Virus record (IMG/VR): IMGVR_UViG_2703718811_000004
Reading direction: 5' to 3' (one strand)
DNA: 7,144 nucleotides
Source of the DNA: a virus
Lineage: Duplodnaviria; Heunggongvirae; Uroviricota; Caudoviricetes
In this document: one piece after another, positions 1 to 5,688 of the stretch
Layout of the letters: each line of letters starts with the position of its first letter
Position numbering within the stretch: the stretch's first letter is position 1
Program-made: the position numbers and the translations under genes
The notes under the pieces: model-generated
What the model saw: only the letters and a program-made list of their open reading frames with translations
Told to the model about the DNA's origin: nothing
The model's database searches: none

Positions 1-2179
1 TCATAGTGTGCTGCCGCCTTACCCTTAGCCCTTCACGTACCGGTGCTGTCGCGTTCTGCGCATCCGGTGACGGCAGACCACGACGAACCATTTCACCCTC
101 GAGTGTTTCCCCCTGGCGACCAGCGGCGTTTTCCGGTGCCGGAGCTTGTCCTTTCTGGAAACTCTGGCCCTTAACCTCACCGGTTGTGGTAAAACGACCA
201 CCACGTCCGGCCTGATTCTCATCCGGCGTACGCGCCACCTCTCCCGGTAACGGATATCCCTGTCCGGGATGAATATCGCCGGGAGCGGGCAGGCGTGGAC
301 GCTCAGTTAACTCCTGTGCTGTCGGACCGGCATCACCTTCAGCCATCTGTGAACGTACAAGCTCCTCCGCCGTCGGCGCATTGCCACGGGCAAGGCGGGC
401 CTGTACCTCCGTATCATCCCCCGTGAAACCACGGAATCGCGGGTCACGCATGAACGCGGGCTGCTCCATCGGGTCAGCATCAGCAATACGCTCTCCGTCA
501 GCCAGGGTGTTAATGGTTTCCGTTGCCACATCTTCAGAGAACGCAGGATTATCCATTTCAACGGCATACTGATTCTCGCCTTTCTTCACTACGGACGGTT
601 TCAGGCCGGTGGCGGCGGCATTACGGAAAACATCACTCCCCATGGCGCTTTTCTCATCCGTGAAATAACGGTTGTCCGGGCGCACCTTTTCAATGCGTTC
701 CGCTGGTCTGGACGCACCATTCCCGTTAATTTCAATGCGGACTTCATTCGGGTCCCGGAACCGCACCGTCGGGTAAATGCTCCCGTTACCATCCTCCGCA
801 TTTTCAGGCTGTGACTGTGCTTCCGGCGTCACTTCCTGTTGCGGGGCTGCGTCGTCCTGCTGCACGGTTTCAGCATCACGCATGGCGGTTTCTTCTGCGG
901 CCTGACGTCTGCCACGATATCCGGCAACCGCACCGGATGGAGCCCCCATCGCAGCACCAAAGGCTGCACCTTCGATCGTTGCGTCAGCCACGCCCTCCCA
1001 CGGTGACACATCCATTCCGGCGGTCTCACGCAATGCCGTGTTTTCCTGATAGCGTGAATAGCCGCCCTGCGCCGCATTAATCGCCCCCTGTTCCGTGGCA
1101 TTTCTGACAATGCCGCTTTTAACGGTCTTCGCTGTGCCTCGTGTCACCAGATTAAACAGTTGTGCGTCACCCAGTTTTGCCGCCATGGCATTCACAGCCA
1201 GCAATTCAGGATCGGTTGCCAGCTGCGCGCGCACCTCATCGGCAACACGCTCTTTTGCCAGATCCATTTTCTGGCGATCAGTAAGCTGTGCGTGCTGCGG
1301 GTCGGCGTCAATGGACAAAAACGTCTGCTGAAATTTCGGTGACTGCGCCAGCTCAGAGTAATCCGCATTAAGAACAGCATCTGCTGCCGCCATTGCACTC
1401 TGCCCCTGTGCACTGGCTGTGGAATGGGTGATCAGGCCCGCCTGGAATAAATCCGGCATTTTTTTATCGACAGCTTCTGCTGCCAGTGCCGTGGCTCTTT
1501 CCGGCTGCATCCCTGCCGCGATGTATTTTTTCTCCAGCCCGGCGGTCAGCATTTTTCGCAGTGTGACATCACCCACCTTTTTAGCCACACCGCCAACAAC
1601 CATATCAGGTACAAGCGCACCAATCAGGTTTACACCCTTCGCCACCCAGACCGCAGAATCATCATAGCCTTCGGTCATCGGCGTATTCAGCGCACGAACT
1701 GCACCCGGCGACATCTTACCGGTCAGCCATTCATCAGTGGCTTCAGCACCATCACTGACAGCCTTACCGGTTGCCTTCAGACCTTTACCGACAGTATCAG
1801 TAACCGCGTTTTTGCCATCAGGCAGGGTATCGATGACCTCATCAGCCCCCCTGCTGCCACCGGCAAAAATATCCTGCACAGTTGCGACACCCGGCAGCCC
1901 CATACGGCTGAACTCATTTAAAATACGCGCCCCTGTTTTTACCGGGCTCTGAATCATCGCATCACCGAGTCCACGGGCCATTTCCCCTGTTCCCCGGACG
2001 GACTGGGCGAAACCTTTACCCATTGTTGGCAATACATCGCCCAGGCTGAACGACGTACTGTTATCCTTCCAGCGATTCGGATCAGAGAAAAATGCTTCAT
2101 AGCTGTCAGTTTCGCCGGGTTGCTGAATGTTCAGGCTGTTACGATTCTGGTTGCGGGAATTTCTCACCACACGCTGCAT
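1..2179 (-). CDS. Large hypothetical protein, 5' portion only (over 725 codons in window; stop codon lies beyond position 1). Ala/Gly/Asp/Glu-rich with a polar Ser/Asn/Gln-rich N-terminus. Function unknown.
   Basis: Manual translation of the minus-strand frame whose codons are plus-strand triplets starting at positions congruent to 2 mod 3 (e.g. 2-4, 1079-1081, 2177-2179): no stop codon from 2314 down to 1. The ORF track omits it because it has no in-window stop. The five short minus-strand ORFs listed for 25-1413 are all one alternative frame broken by stops. Candidate starts: ATG 2177-2179 (no good SD) or in-frame GTG 2201-2203 preceded by GGTGAGAG. Start of translation: MQRVVRNSRNQNRNSLNIQQPGETDSYEAFFSDPNRWKDNSTSFSLGDVLPTMGKGFAQSV... 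No motif I can assign to a family. Confidence 0.75.
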   Translation of the reverse strand, partial: MQRVVRNSRNQNRNSLNIQQPGETDSYEAFFSDPNRWKDNSTSFSLGDVLPTMGKGFAQSVRGTGEMARGLGDAMIQSPVKTGARILNEFSRMGLPGVATVQDIFAGGSRGADEVIDTLPDGKNAVTDTVGKGLKATGKAVSDGAEATDEWLTGKMSPGAVRALNTPMTEGYDDSAVWVAKGVNLIGALVPDMVVGGVAKKVGDVTLRKMLTAGLEKKYIAAGMQPERATALAAEAVDKKMPDLFQAGLITHSTASAQGQSAMAAADAVLNADYSELAQSPKFQQTFLSIDADPQHAQLTDRQKMDLAKERVADEVRAQLATDPELLAVNAMAAKLGDAQLFNLVTRGTAKTVKSGIVRNATEQGAINAAQGGYSRYQENTALRETAGMDVSPWEGVADATIEGAAFGAAMGAPSGAVAGYRGRRQAAEETAMRDAETVQQDDAAPQQEVTPEAQSQPENAEDGNGSIYPTVRFRDPNEVRIEINGNGASRPAERIEKVRPDNRYFTDEKSAMGSDVFRNAAATGLKPSVVKKGENQYAVEMDNPAFSEDVATETINTLADGERIADADPMEQPAFMRDPRFRGFTGDDTEVQARLARGNAPTAEELVRSQMAEGDAGPTAQELTERPRLPAPGDIHPGQGYPLPGEVARTPDENQAGRGGRFTTTGEVKGQSFQKGQAPAPENAAGRQGETLEGEMVRRGLPSPDAQNATAPVREGLRVRRQHTM

Positions 2180-2314
2180 ATACCGGAGAATTTTTTCACT
2201 CACACTCTCACCACAAAAAAGAACAATGTGACTGTGCTGTGTCTTCAGCGACAGAAGGATGACGGAGAACGCTTCCGATAACCAACACGGCTGGCGTTCT
2301 CCGCAAAAAATAAA

Positions 2315-3517
2315 TTACCAGCCGACAGACATACCCGCAGCAACACCTGAACCGTTCTGGGTATCCCATGAAGCATTCAAACGTACAGCAGAATTTTCAG
2401 TGGTGCGGAAGTGCATACCTGCTGCGATAGCCTGCTCATCACGGTAGTTACTTGCAGCCATACCAAAGGAGTACGTTTTACCCTCAACAACAGGAATGGC
2501 AGTCATCGCCATTGCTCCTGCAATACCTGCATCTGCACGTTTACGGTTTTTCTCCACCTCATCACGTAACTGACGGAATTGCTGATTAGTACTACGCTCC
2601 AGGGTACTGACCCGGTTATCTGTGTAGGTATTAGCAGACTTCAGTGTCTGTGCATCACCCTGAATACGGGCATTCTCTTCTGCAATACGATAGCGCTCTA
2701 ACTGACCATAGGTTGCGGCATCCGCAGCCTGAACACCATCACGAAGCCCACCAATTACACGATTCCCCACATTAACTTCATCGGGGCGAGTGGTCTGAGA
2801 GTTAGCCCCTACAGCAACACTGTTCGTATGGTTTGCAATGGCGTTGTAACCGACAGCAGTGGCGTTTTCTCCGCCTGCCGTTGCCCCGCCACCAACCTGA
2901 GTTTTACCGGTGCCCAGAGATGACAGACGGGCGTGAATATCTGTTACATCTGCAGCAGAAAGACCAGTGTCAATAGTGGCTCCATATTGCACAGCCTTCA
3001 TTTTAATTTCATAAATATATTCACTGATTTCAGGAATATGTCTTGAATATGTTTTTCCATCAGCGCCTACAGTCGAGACAACTCCTTCGCCATCTGCACT
3101 AAACAGAATTTGCTTGGTTTTTGTGTTTACAAAATAAGCTGTCTCATTCGCGTAATCATAATAAGAGACGATGTCTCCCCTTGGAGCAGCTAACTCGGTA
3201 TCTGTCAGGCCAGCCTTACCATAATCAATTAAGGTATATTTCAAATATTTACCGGAAACAGCGTCTATATTTAATGAGGTTGGTGTATTCCCGTCAAGAG
3301 AAATAACCTTACCATTCTCAAGCTTAATTAATGGATATCCATCTTGTTTATATACACCGATACCTTTCAAGAAATCCGCATGCTTTATTGCATTACTATT
3401 CAGAGTTTCAGGTGTAACGGAATAACCACTGGCATACGCCCCGACAGAAAATACCGACAGGCTTAATGCCGGCATTAAAGCCAACAATAGCTTGCTTGCC
3501 TTTTTCATGATTTTCAT
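2315..3517 (-). CDS. Trimeric autotransporter adhesin (YadA/Eib family), 400 aa: signal peptide, atypical N-terminal domain, short YadA-like head/neck repeats, coiled-coil stalk, C-terminal YadA membrane anchor.
   Basis: ORF-track protein. N-terminus MKIMKKASKLLLALMPALSLSVFSVGAYA is a Sec-type signal peptide. Head-repeat-like motifs ATAVGYNAIANHTNSVAVGANSQTT and neck-like DEVNVGNRVIGGLRDGVQAADAATYGQLE. Charged heptad-like stalk (RYRIAEENARIQGDAQTLK...RQLRDEVEKNRKRADAG). C-terminus AGIAGAMAMTAIP...YSFGMAASNYRDEQAIAAGMHFR...GVAAGMSVGW matches the YadA anchor pattern ending in GxSVGW. SD-like AAGGG about 8 nt upstream of ATG 3517. Family assignment is from memory of YadA/Eib sequences. Confidence 0.9.
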   Translation of the reverse strand: MKIMKKASKLLLALMPALSLSVFSVGAYASGYSVTPETLNSNAIKHADFLKGIGVYKQDGYPLIKLENGKVISLDGNTPTSLNIDAVSGKYLKYTLIDYGKAGLTDTELAAPRGDIVSYYDYANETAYFVNTKTKQILFSADGEGVVSTVGADGKTYSRHIPEISEYIYEIKMKAVQYGATIDTGLSAADVTDIHARLSSLGTGKTQVGGGATAGGENATAVGYNAIANHTNSVAVGANSQTTRPDEVNVGNRVIGGLRDGVQAADAATYGQLERYRIAEENARIQGDAQTLKSANTYTDNRVSTLERSTNQQFRQLRDEVEKNRKRADAGIAGAMAMTAIPVVEGKTYSFGMAASNYRDEQAIAAGMHFRTTENSAVRLNASWDTQNGSGVAAGMSVGW

Positions 3518-3780
3518 GATGTGTACCCTTATGTTAAATCATGTTATAAATATGTTGACATTCGGAACGCAAATGTCTTCAGGGATACTACTCACAATAA
3601 CAAGGCAAATAAAATATTAAAATCAATGAGTTAAGAAAAATTAACAATTAAAATCACAAGGATGCAATACGCATCAAAAACTTCCCCTAAATAACACCAG
3701 TATTACTCAGAAAAAACAAAACATTTTCTGTAGTTATTATTTACCATTGATAAATATTACCTCTCTCTGTCAGCCTGCAT
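3518..3780 (-). promoter_or_regulatory. AT-rich upstream regulatory region of the adhesin gene (putative promoter and 5'UTR; plausible target for nucleoid-protein silencing).
   Basis: Very AT-rich non-coding stretch (e.g. caaggcaaataaaatattaaaatcaatgagttaagaaaaattaacaattaaaatcacaag) directly upstream of the adhesin start. Candidate sigma70-like elements on the minus strand are TTGCGT then about 19 nt then TATAAC, ending about 25 nt before the ATG. No ORF of 60 aa or more on either strand. Promoter position not verified. Confidence 0.3.
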
Positions 3781-3837
3781 TGTATAAAACATACTCTGCA
3801 AACAGGTGCCATATCGGCTGAACCTCAGCAACCAGTT

Positions 3838-3859
3838 GACGGGGACTTTCGTCCCCGTC
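3838..3859 (-). other. Perfect stem-loop (9-bp GC-rich stem; loop GAAA on the minus-strand transcript) 10 nt downstream of the Hok-like stop codon.
   Basis: Plus strand gacggggac-tttc-gtccccgtc (3838-3859). On the minus-strand RNA the loop is GAAA, a GNRA-type tetraloop. No U-tract follows on the minus strand, so it is more likely a structural or processing element than a canonical terminator. Confidence 0.5.
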
Positions 3860-3868
3860 GCGGTTTTC

Positions 3869-4009
3869 CTACTGCTTACACTGTAAGAACGCCGCAAACT
3901 CCGCTCCCCACAAATTCAGCCGGAACTCACACAGTGAACCGTGCAACATCCAGATAGTGAAGATAACCGTCATACAAATTGTGACGGTGATAAGCGATTT
4001 TTGCGACAT
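3869..4009 (-). CDS. Hok/Gef-family type I toxin-like small membrane peptide, 46 aa.
   Basis: Manual translation from ATG (plus 4007-4009) to TAG (plus 3869-3871): MSQKSLITVTICMTVIFTIWMLHGSLCEFRLNLWGAEFAAFLQCKQ. It has a single N-terminal hydrophobic helix followed by the family-typical SLCE motif and a C-terminal E-x-AAF-x-x-C-K pattern (compare Hok/HokA-type peptides recalled from memory). Strong SD AAGGAG (plus 4019-4024) 9 nt upstream of the ATG. Below the ORF track's 60-aa threshold. Confidence 0.7.
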   Translation of the reverse strand: MSQKSLITVTICMTVIFTIWMLHGSLCEFRLNLWGAEFAAFLQCKQ

Positions 4010-4048
4010 AGCGCTTGACTCCTTTTACAGAGAGGCGCTAATCTTCTA

Positions 4049-4108
4049 CTTGCTTAAGGTATGATGGTCAGGGCCTCGGGTTAACGTTAAGTTGACTCGG
4101 GGCCTTTC
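4049..4108 (+). ncRNA. Candidate Sok-like antisense RNA (about 60 nt), complementary to the leader of the hok-like mRNA.
   Basis: Plus-strand promoter-like elements: -35 TTGACT (4015-4020, overlapping the hok SD on the opposite strand), 16-nt spacer, -10 GCTAAT (4037-4042), predicted start near 4049. Imperfect hairpin ggcctcggg (4072-4080) / ctcggggcc (4096-4104) with two G-U pairs, followed by TTT (4105-4107). Entirely sequence-based inference. Confidence 0.3.
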
Positions 4109-4163
4109 CACATCAGGCCTTCAGGTTCTCCCTCCAGCCATCAGCCGAAAGGCACCCACGCAT

Positions 4164-4192
4164 AATTTACGGTTTTTGCCCTGTACGGGCAA
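4164..4192 (-). promoter_or_regulatory. Candidate promoter of the hok-like transcript.
   Basis: Minus strand: -35 TTGCCC (plus 4187-4192), 17-nt spacer, -10 TAAATT (plus 4164-4169). The predicted start near 4156 coincides with the 5' fold-back element. Weak match to consensus. Confidence 0.3.
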
Positions 4193-4217
4193 TAAAAAAC
4201 CCGCCATCACAGCGGGT
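4191..4217 (-). terminator. Rho-independent terminator downstream of the lom-family gene.
   Basis: Minus-strand RNA: stem ACCCGC / GCGGGU (plus 4199-4204 paired with 4212-4217), 7-nt loop, then UUUUUAUU (complement of plus 4191-4198). Begins 24 nt after the lom stop codon (4241-4243). Confidence 0.6.
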
Positions 4218-4240
4218 AGTAAACGGTTACCGGATACAGG

Positions 4241-4975
4241 TCAGAATTTCAGGCCAATGCCAGCAGTAACGCCACTCGTGCGCCAGTCGCCAGAGCCGGA
4301 ACCTTCGTAAGCCACATCCAGTGTAACACTCTCATTCAGGTTAAACTGTGCACCTGCAGCCCACGCAAGGGAGGTTTTTTTCGTGCTGTTGCTTTCAGAA
4401 AATCCGCCACTACTGTTAATATTGTCCTTAATTTTCAGGTCAGCGCTAACTTTAGCAACGCCCATCCCTGCCATCGCATATAAACTCATGTACTGATTAA
4501 CCCGCCATGAAGGCCCCGCTAACAGACTCCAGTAATTCGCCCTGATATCCGTTCTGGCAGAAGCTGCCGGATTCTTAATCTTCCTGGTATGATCGGCTGA
4601 CTGCACATCAATAAATGTCTGTGAGTTAGTGAGAGAACGCGTCCATGTAAAAGAGGTGATAACGCCAAAATCATCCGTTATCTCGTAGCGATACCTGATA
4701 TTAATGCCCTGTGGATTTTTATCCTTGCCTTCATATCCACTGACCCGACCATCTGTATATTCGCCCAATGAAGAAAAGTAGTTTCTGTTGACGAAATGAC
4801 TGAAAGTCTCCCTGTTATGAGCAGTCGCATCCTTTACAAAATCCTTCAGTCCCGGAAACTGAAAGTGCGCATACCCCAGAGAAATTGTATGGTTTCCTTC
4901 TGCTGCATGTGCAGATAAATTTACACAGGCAATCCCGGAGATTGCACACACAACCAGTGTTGCTATACTCTTCAT
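4241..4975 (-). CDS. lom: Lom/Ail/PagC (OmpX) family outer-membrane beta-barrel protein, 244 aa.
   Basis: ORF-track protein with signal peptide MKSIATLVVCAISGIACVNLSAHA. C-terminus VAYEGSGSGDWRTSGVTAGIGLKF closely matches lambda Lom's C-terminal AYEGSGSGDWRTDGFIVGVGYKF (from memory), with a terminal aromatic residue. SD AGGA about 6 nt upstream of the ATG. Longer than lambda Lom (about 206 aa), so probably has extended loops. Confidence 0.9.
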   Translation of the reverse strand: MKSIATLVVCAISGIACVNLSAHAAEGNHTISLGYAHFQFPGLKDFVKDATAHNRETFSHFVNRNYFSSLGEYTDGRVSGYEGKDKNPQGINIRYRYEITDDFGVITSFTWTRSLTNSQTFIDVQSADHTRKIKNPAASARTDIRANYWSLLAGPSWRVNQYMSLYAMAGMGVAKVSADLKIKDNINSSGGFSESNSTKKTSLAWAAGAQFNLNESVTLDVAYEGSGSGDWRTSGVTAGIGLKF

Positions 4976-5065
4976 TTAAGATATCCTGTATTCAGATAAC
5001 ACGCTAAACTTTTTAATAATACATCTTTTTAGACATTTTAAATGAATATTAAAGACTCGCTTCAA
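4976..5065 (-). promoter_or_regulatory. AT-rich intergenic region upstream of lom (putative independent promoter and RBS).
   Basis: A 90-bp AT-rich spacer between the upstream ORF stop (5066) and the lom start (4975), in contrast to the 5-14 nt gaps between the three genes upstream. Contains the lom SD. No hairpin seen. Confidence 0.3.
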
Positions 5066-5683
5066 CTAATCATATACTGATGTATTAATAACCAGGACCT
5101 TATCTATATACGGCTTTCGAATATCCCATGTTGCACCGCCGGAATAATGCTCACAGGAATATATTTTATTTCCTGTAGCACCAGTGGATGTGGTATAAAT
5201 CGGTCGATCATAAGGAGTTCTTTTCCAGTTATAATACCCGACCAGTGCAGGCATGATTGCGCATGGATATCCAAGGTCCTTTTCAAATTTGATATCAACA
5301 GGTATTAACTTCGCGTCAAGCAGCATCATTTCGCCATGATAAATCATCTCACCGTCCGGGTTATACATGGCGATACCATACTCAGAAGGTGGAGTAACCA
5401 TATTCGCGAAAGCATAAACCGTCGTAACACCAGGGTTCGTTCCCCTGACAATTACATGAAGCCTTAGTGCATGATATCCATCAATCTGTTCATGCGTGTA
5501 CATGACATCGGCCTTCTTCTCTGTTCTGATAAAGAAAAAACAACTTTTGCCTGACGGGATTGATGTTTTAAAAAAAGACTTTTCAGTCGCCGGTATGGTG
5601 CCTTTGTTGATCAGACACTGCGGCGTAAAACCTGGACTTATCCATACGCTGCCATCCGGCTTCATAATGCTCAAACCATACAT
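5066..5683 (-). CDS. Hypothetical protein, 205 aa, made of two tandem copies of a ~100-aa domain of unknown function (prophage accessory gene).
   Basis: ORF-track protein. Internal repeat: residues 1-100 begin MYGLSIMKPDGSVWISPGF and residues 101-205 begin EYGIAMYNPDGEMIYHGEM. SD-like GGGGA 8 nt upstream of the ATG, inside the end of the preceding ORF; only 5 nt separate the two genes. No signal peptide. Lower GC than flanking structural genes. Confidence 0.7.
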   Translation of the reverse strand: MYGLSIMKPDGSVWISPGFTPQCLINKGTIPATEKSFFKTSIPSGKSCFFFIRTEKKADVMYTHEQIDGYHALRLHVIVRGTNPGVTTVYAFANMVTPPSEYGIAMYNPDGEMIYHGEMMLLDAKLIPVDIKFEKDLGYPCAIMPALVGYYNWKRTPYDRPIYTTSTGATGNKIYSCEHYSGGATWDIRKPYIDKVLVINTSVYD

Positions 5684-5688
5684 GACAC

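Larger units (their letters stand above)
3805..4156 (-). other. Predicted hok-like toxin mRNA unit (about 350 nt) with complementary 5' and 3' terminal elements, resembling the fold-back architecture of hok-family mRNAs.
   Basis: Minus-strand 5' segment GGTGCC-TTT-CGGCTG (plus 4142-4156) is the reverse complement of 3' segment CAGCCG-ATAT-GGCACC (plus 3805-3820): two 6-bp helices around a small internal loop, about 320 nt apart. The 5' element sits about 7 nt downstream of a candidate -10 box. The Hok-like ORF lies between them. Confidence 0.4.

Noticed and set aside
25-1413. Five minus-strand ORFs from the track (25-222, 307-567, 601-801, 829-1110, 1192-1413), and the short plus-strand ORFs across 6-1952.
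   Set aside because: All five minus ORFs lie in one frame that is repeatedly interrupted by stops. A different minus frame is open for the entire 1-2314 span and is the real gene. The plus-strand ORFs are short antisense or alternative-frame artefacts.
2259-3306. Plus-strand ORFs 2259-2447 and 3121-3306 inside or antisense to the adhesin gene.
   Set aside because: Antisense to a gene with a strongly supported domain architecture.
3553-3558. Perfect TTGACA hexamer on the plus strand as a -35 element for a divergent transcript.
   Set aside because: No acceptable -10 element at 16-18 nt spacing and no downstream plus-strand gene.
3869-4060. A mok-like reading frame overlapping the hok-like toxin.
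   Set aside because: I searched all three minus frames upstream of the toxin start; each is closed by a stop before any ATG, GTG or TTG. No mok-like ORF is present.
4171-4200. Imperfect palindrome ggtttttgccc-tgtac-gggcaataaaaaacc as a bidirectional terminator.
   Set aside because: On both strands the U-tract precedes the stem rather than following it, so it is not a canonical terminator. The adjacent hairpin at 4199-4217 with a trailing U-run is the better lom terminator.
3780-4240. A tRNA or tmRNA-like gene or prophage attachment core in the GC-rich part of the spacer.
   Set aside because: I found no cloverleaf-compatible arrangement (acceptor-stem complementarity with T-loop-like GTTC and a 3' CCA context). 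The structure in this region is better explained by the hok-like mRNA elements.
4092-4310. Plus-strand 72-aa ORF (MTRGLSTSGLQVLPP...).
   Set aside because: It runs antisense across the lom terminator and the lom 3' end, has a Pro/Arg-rich low-complexity product, and overlaps better-supported features.
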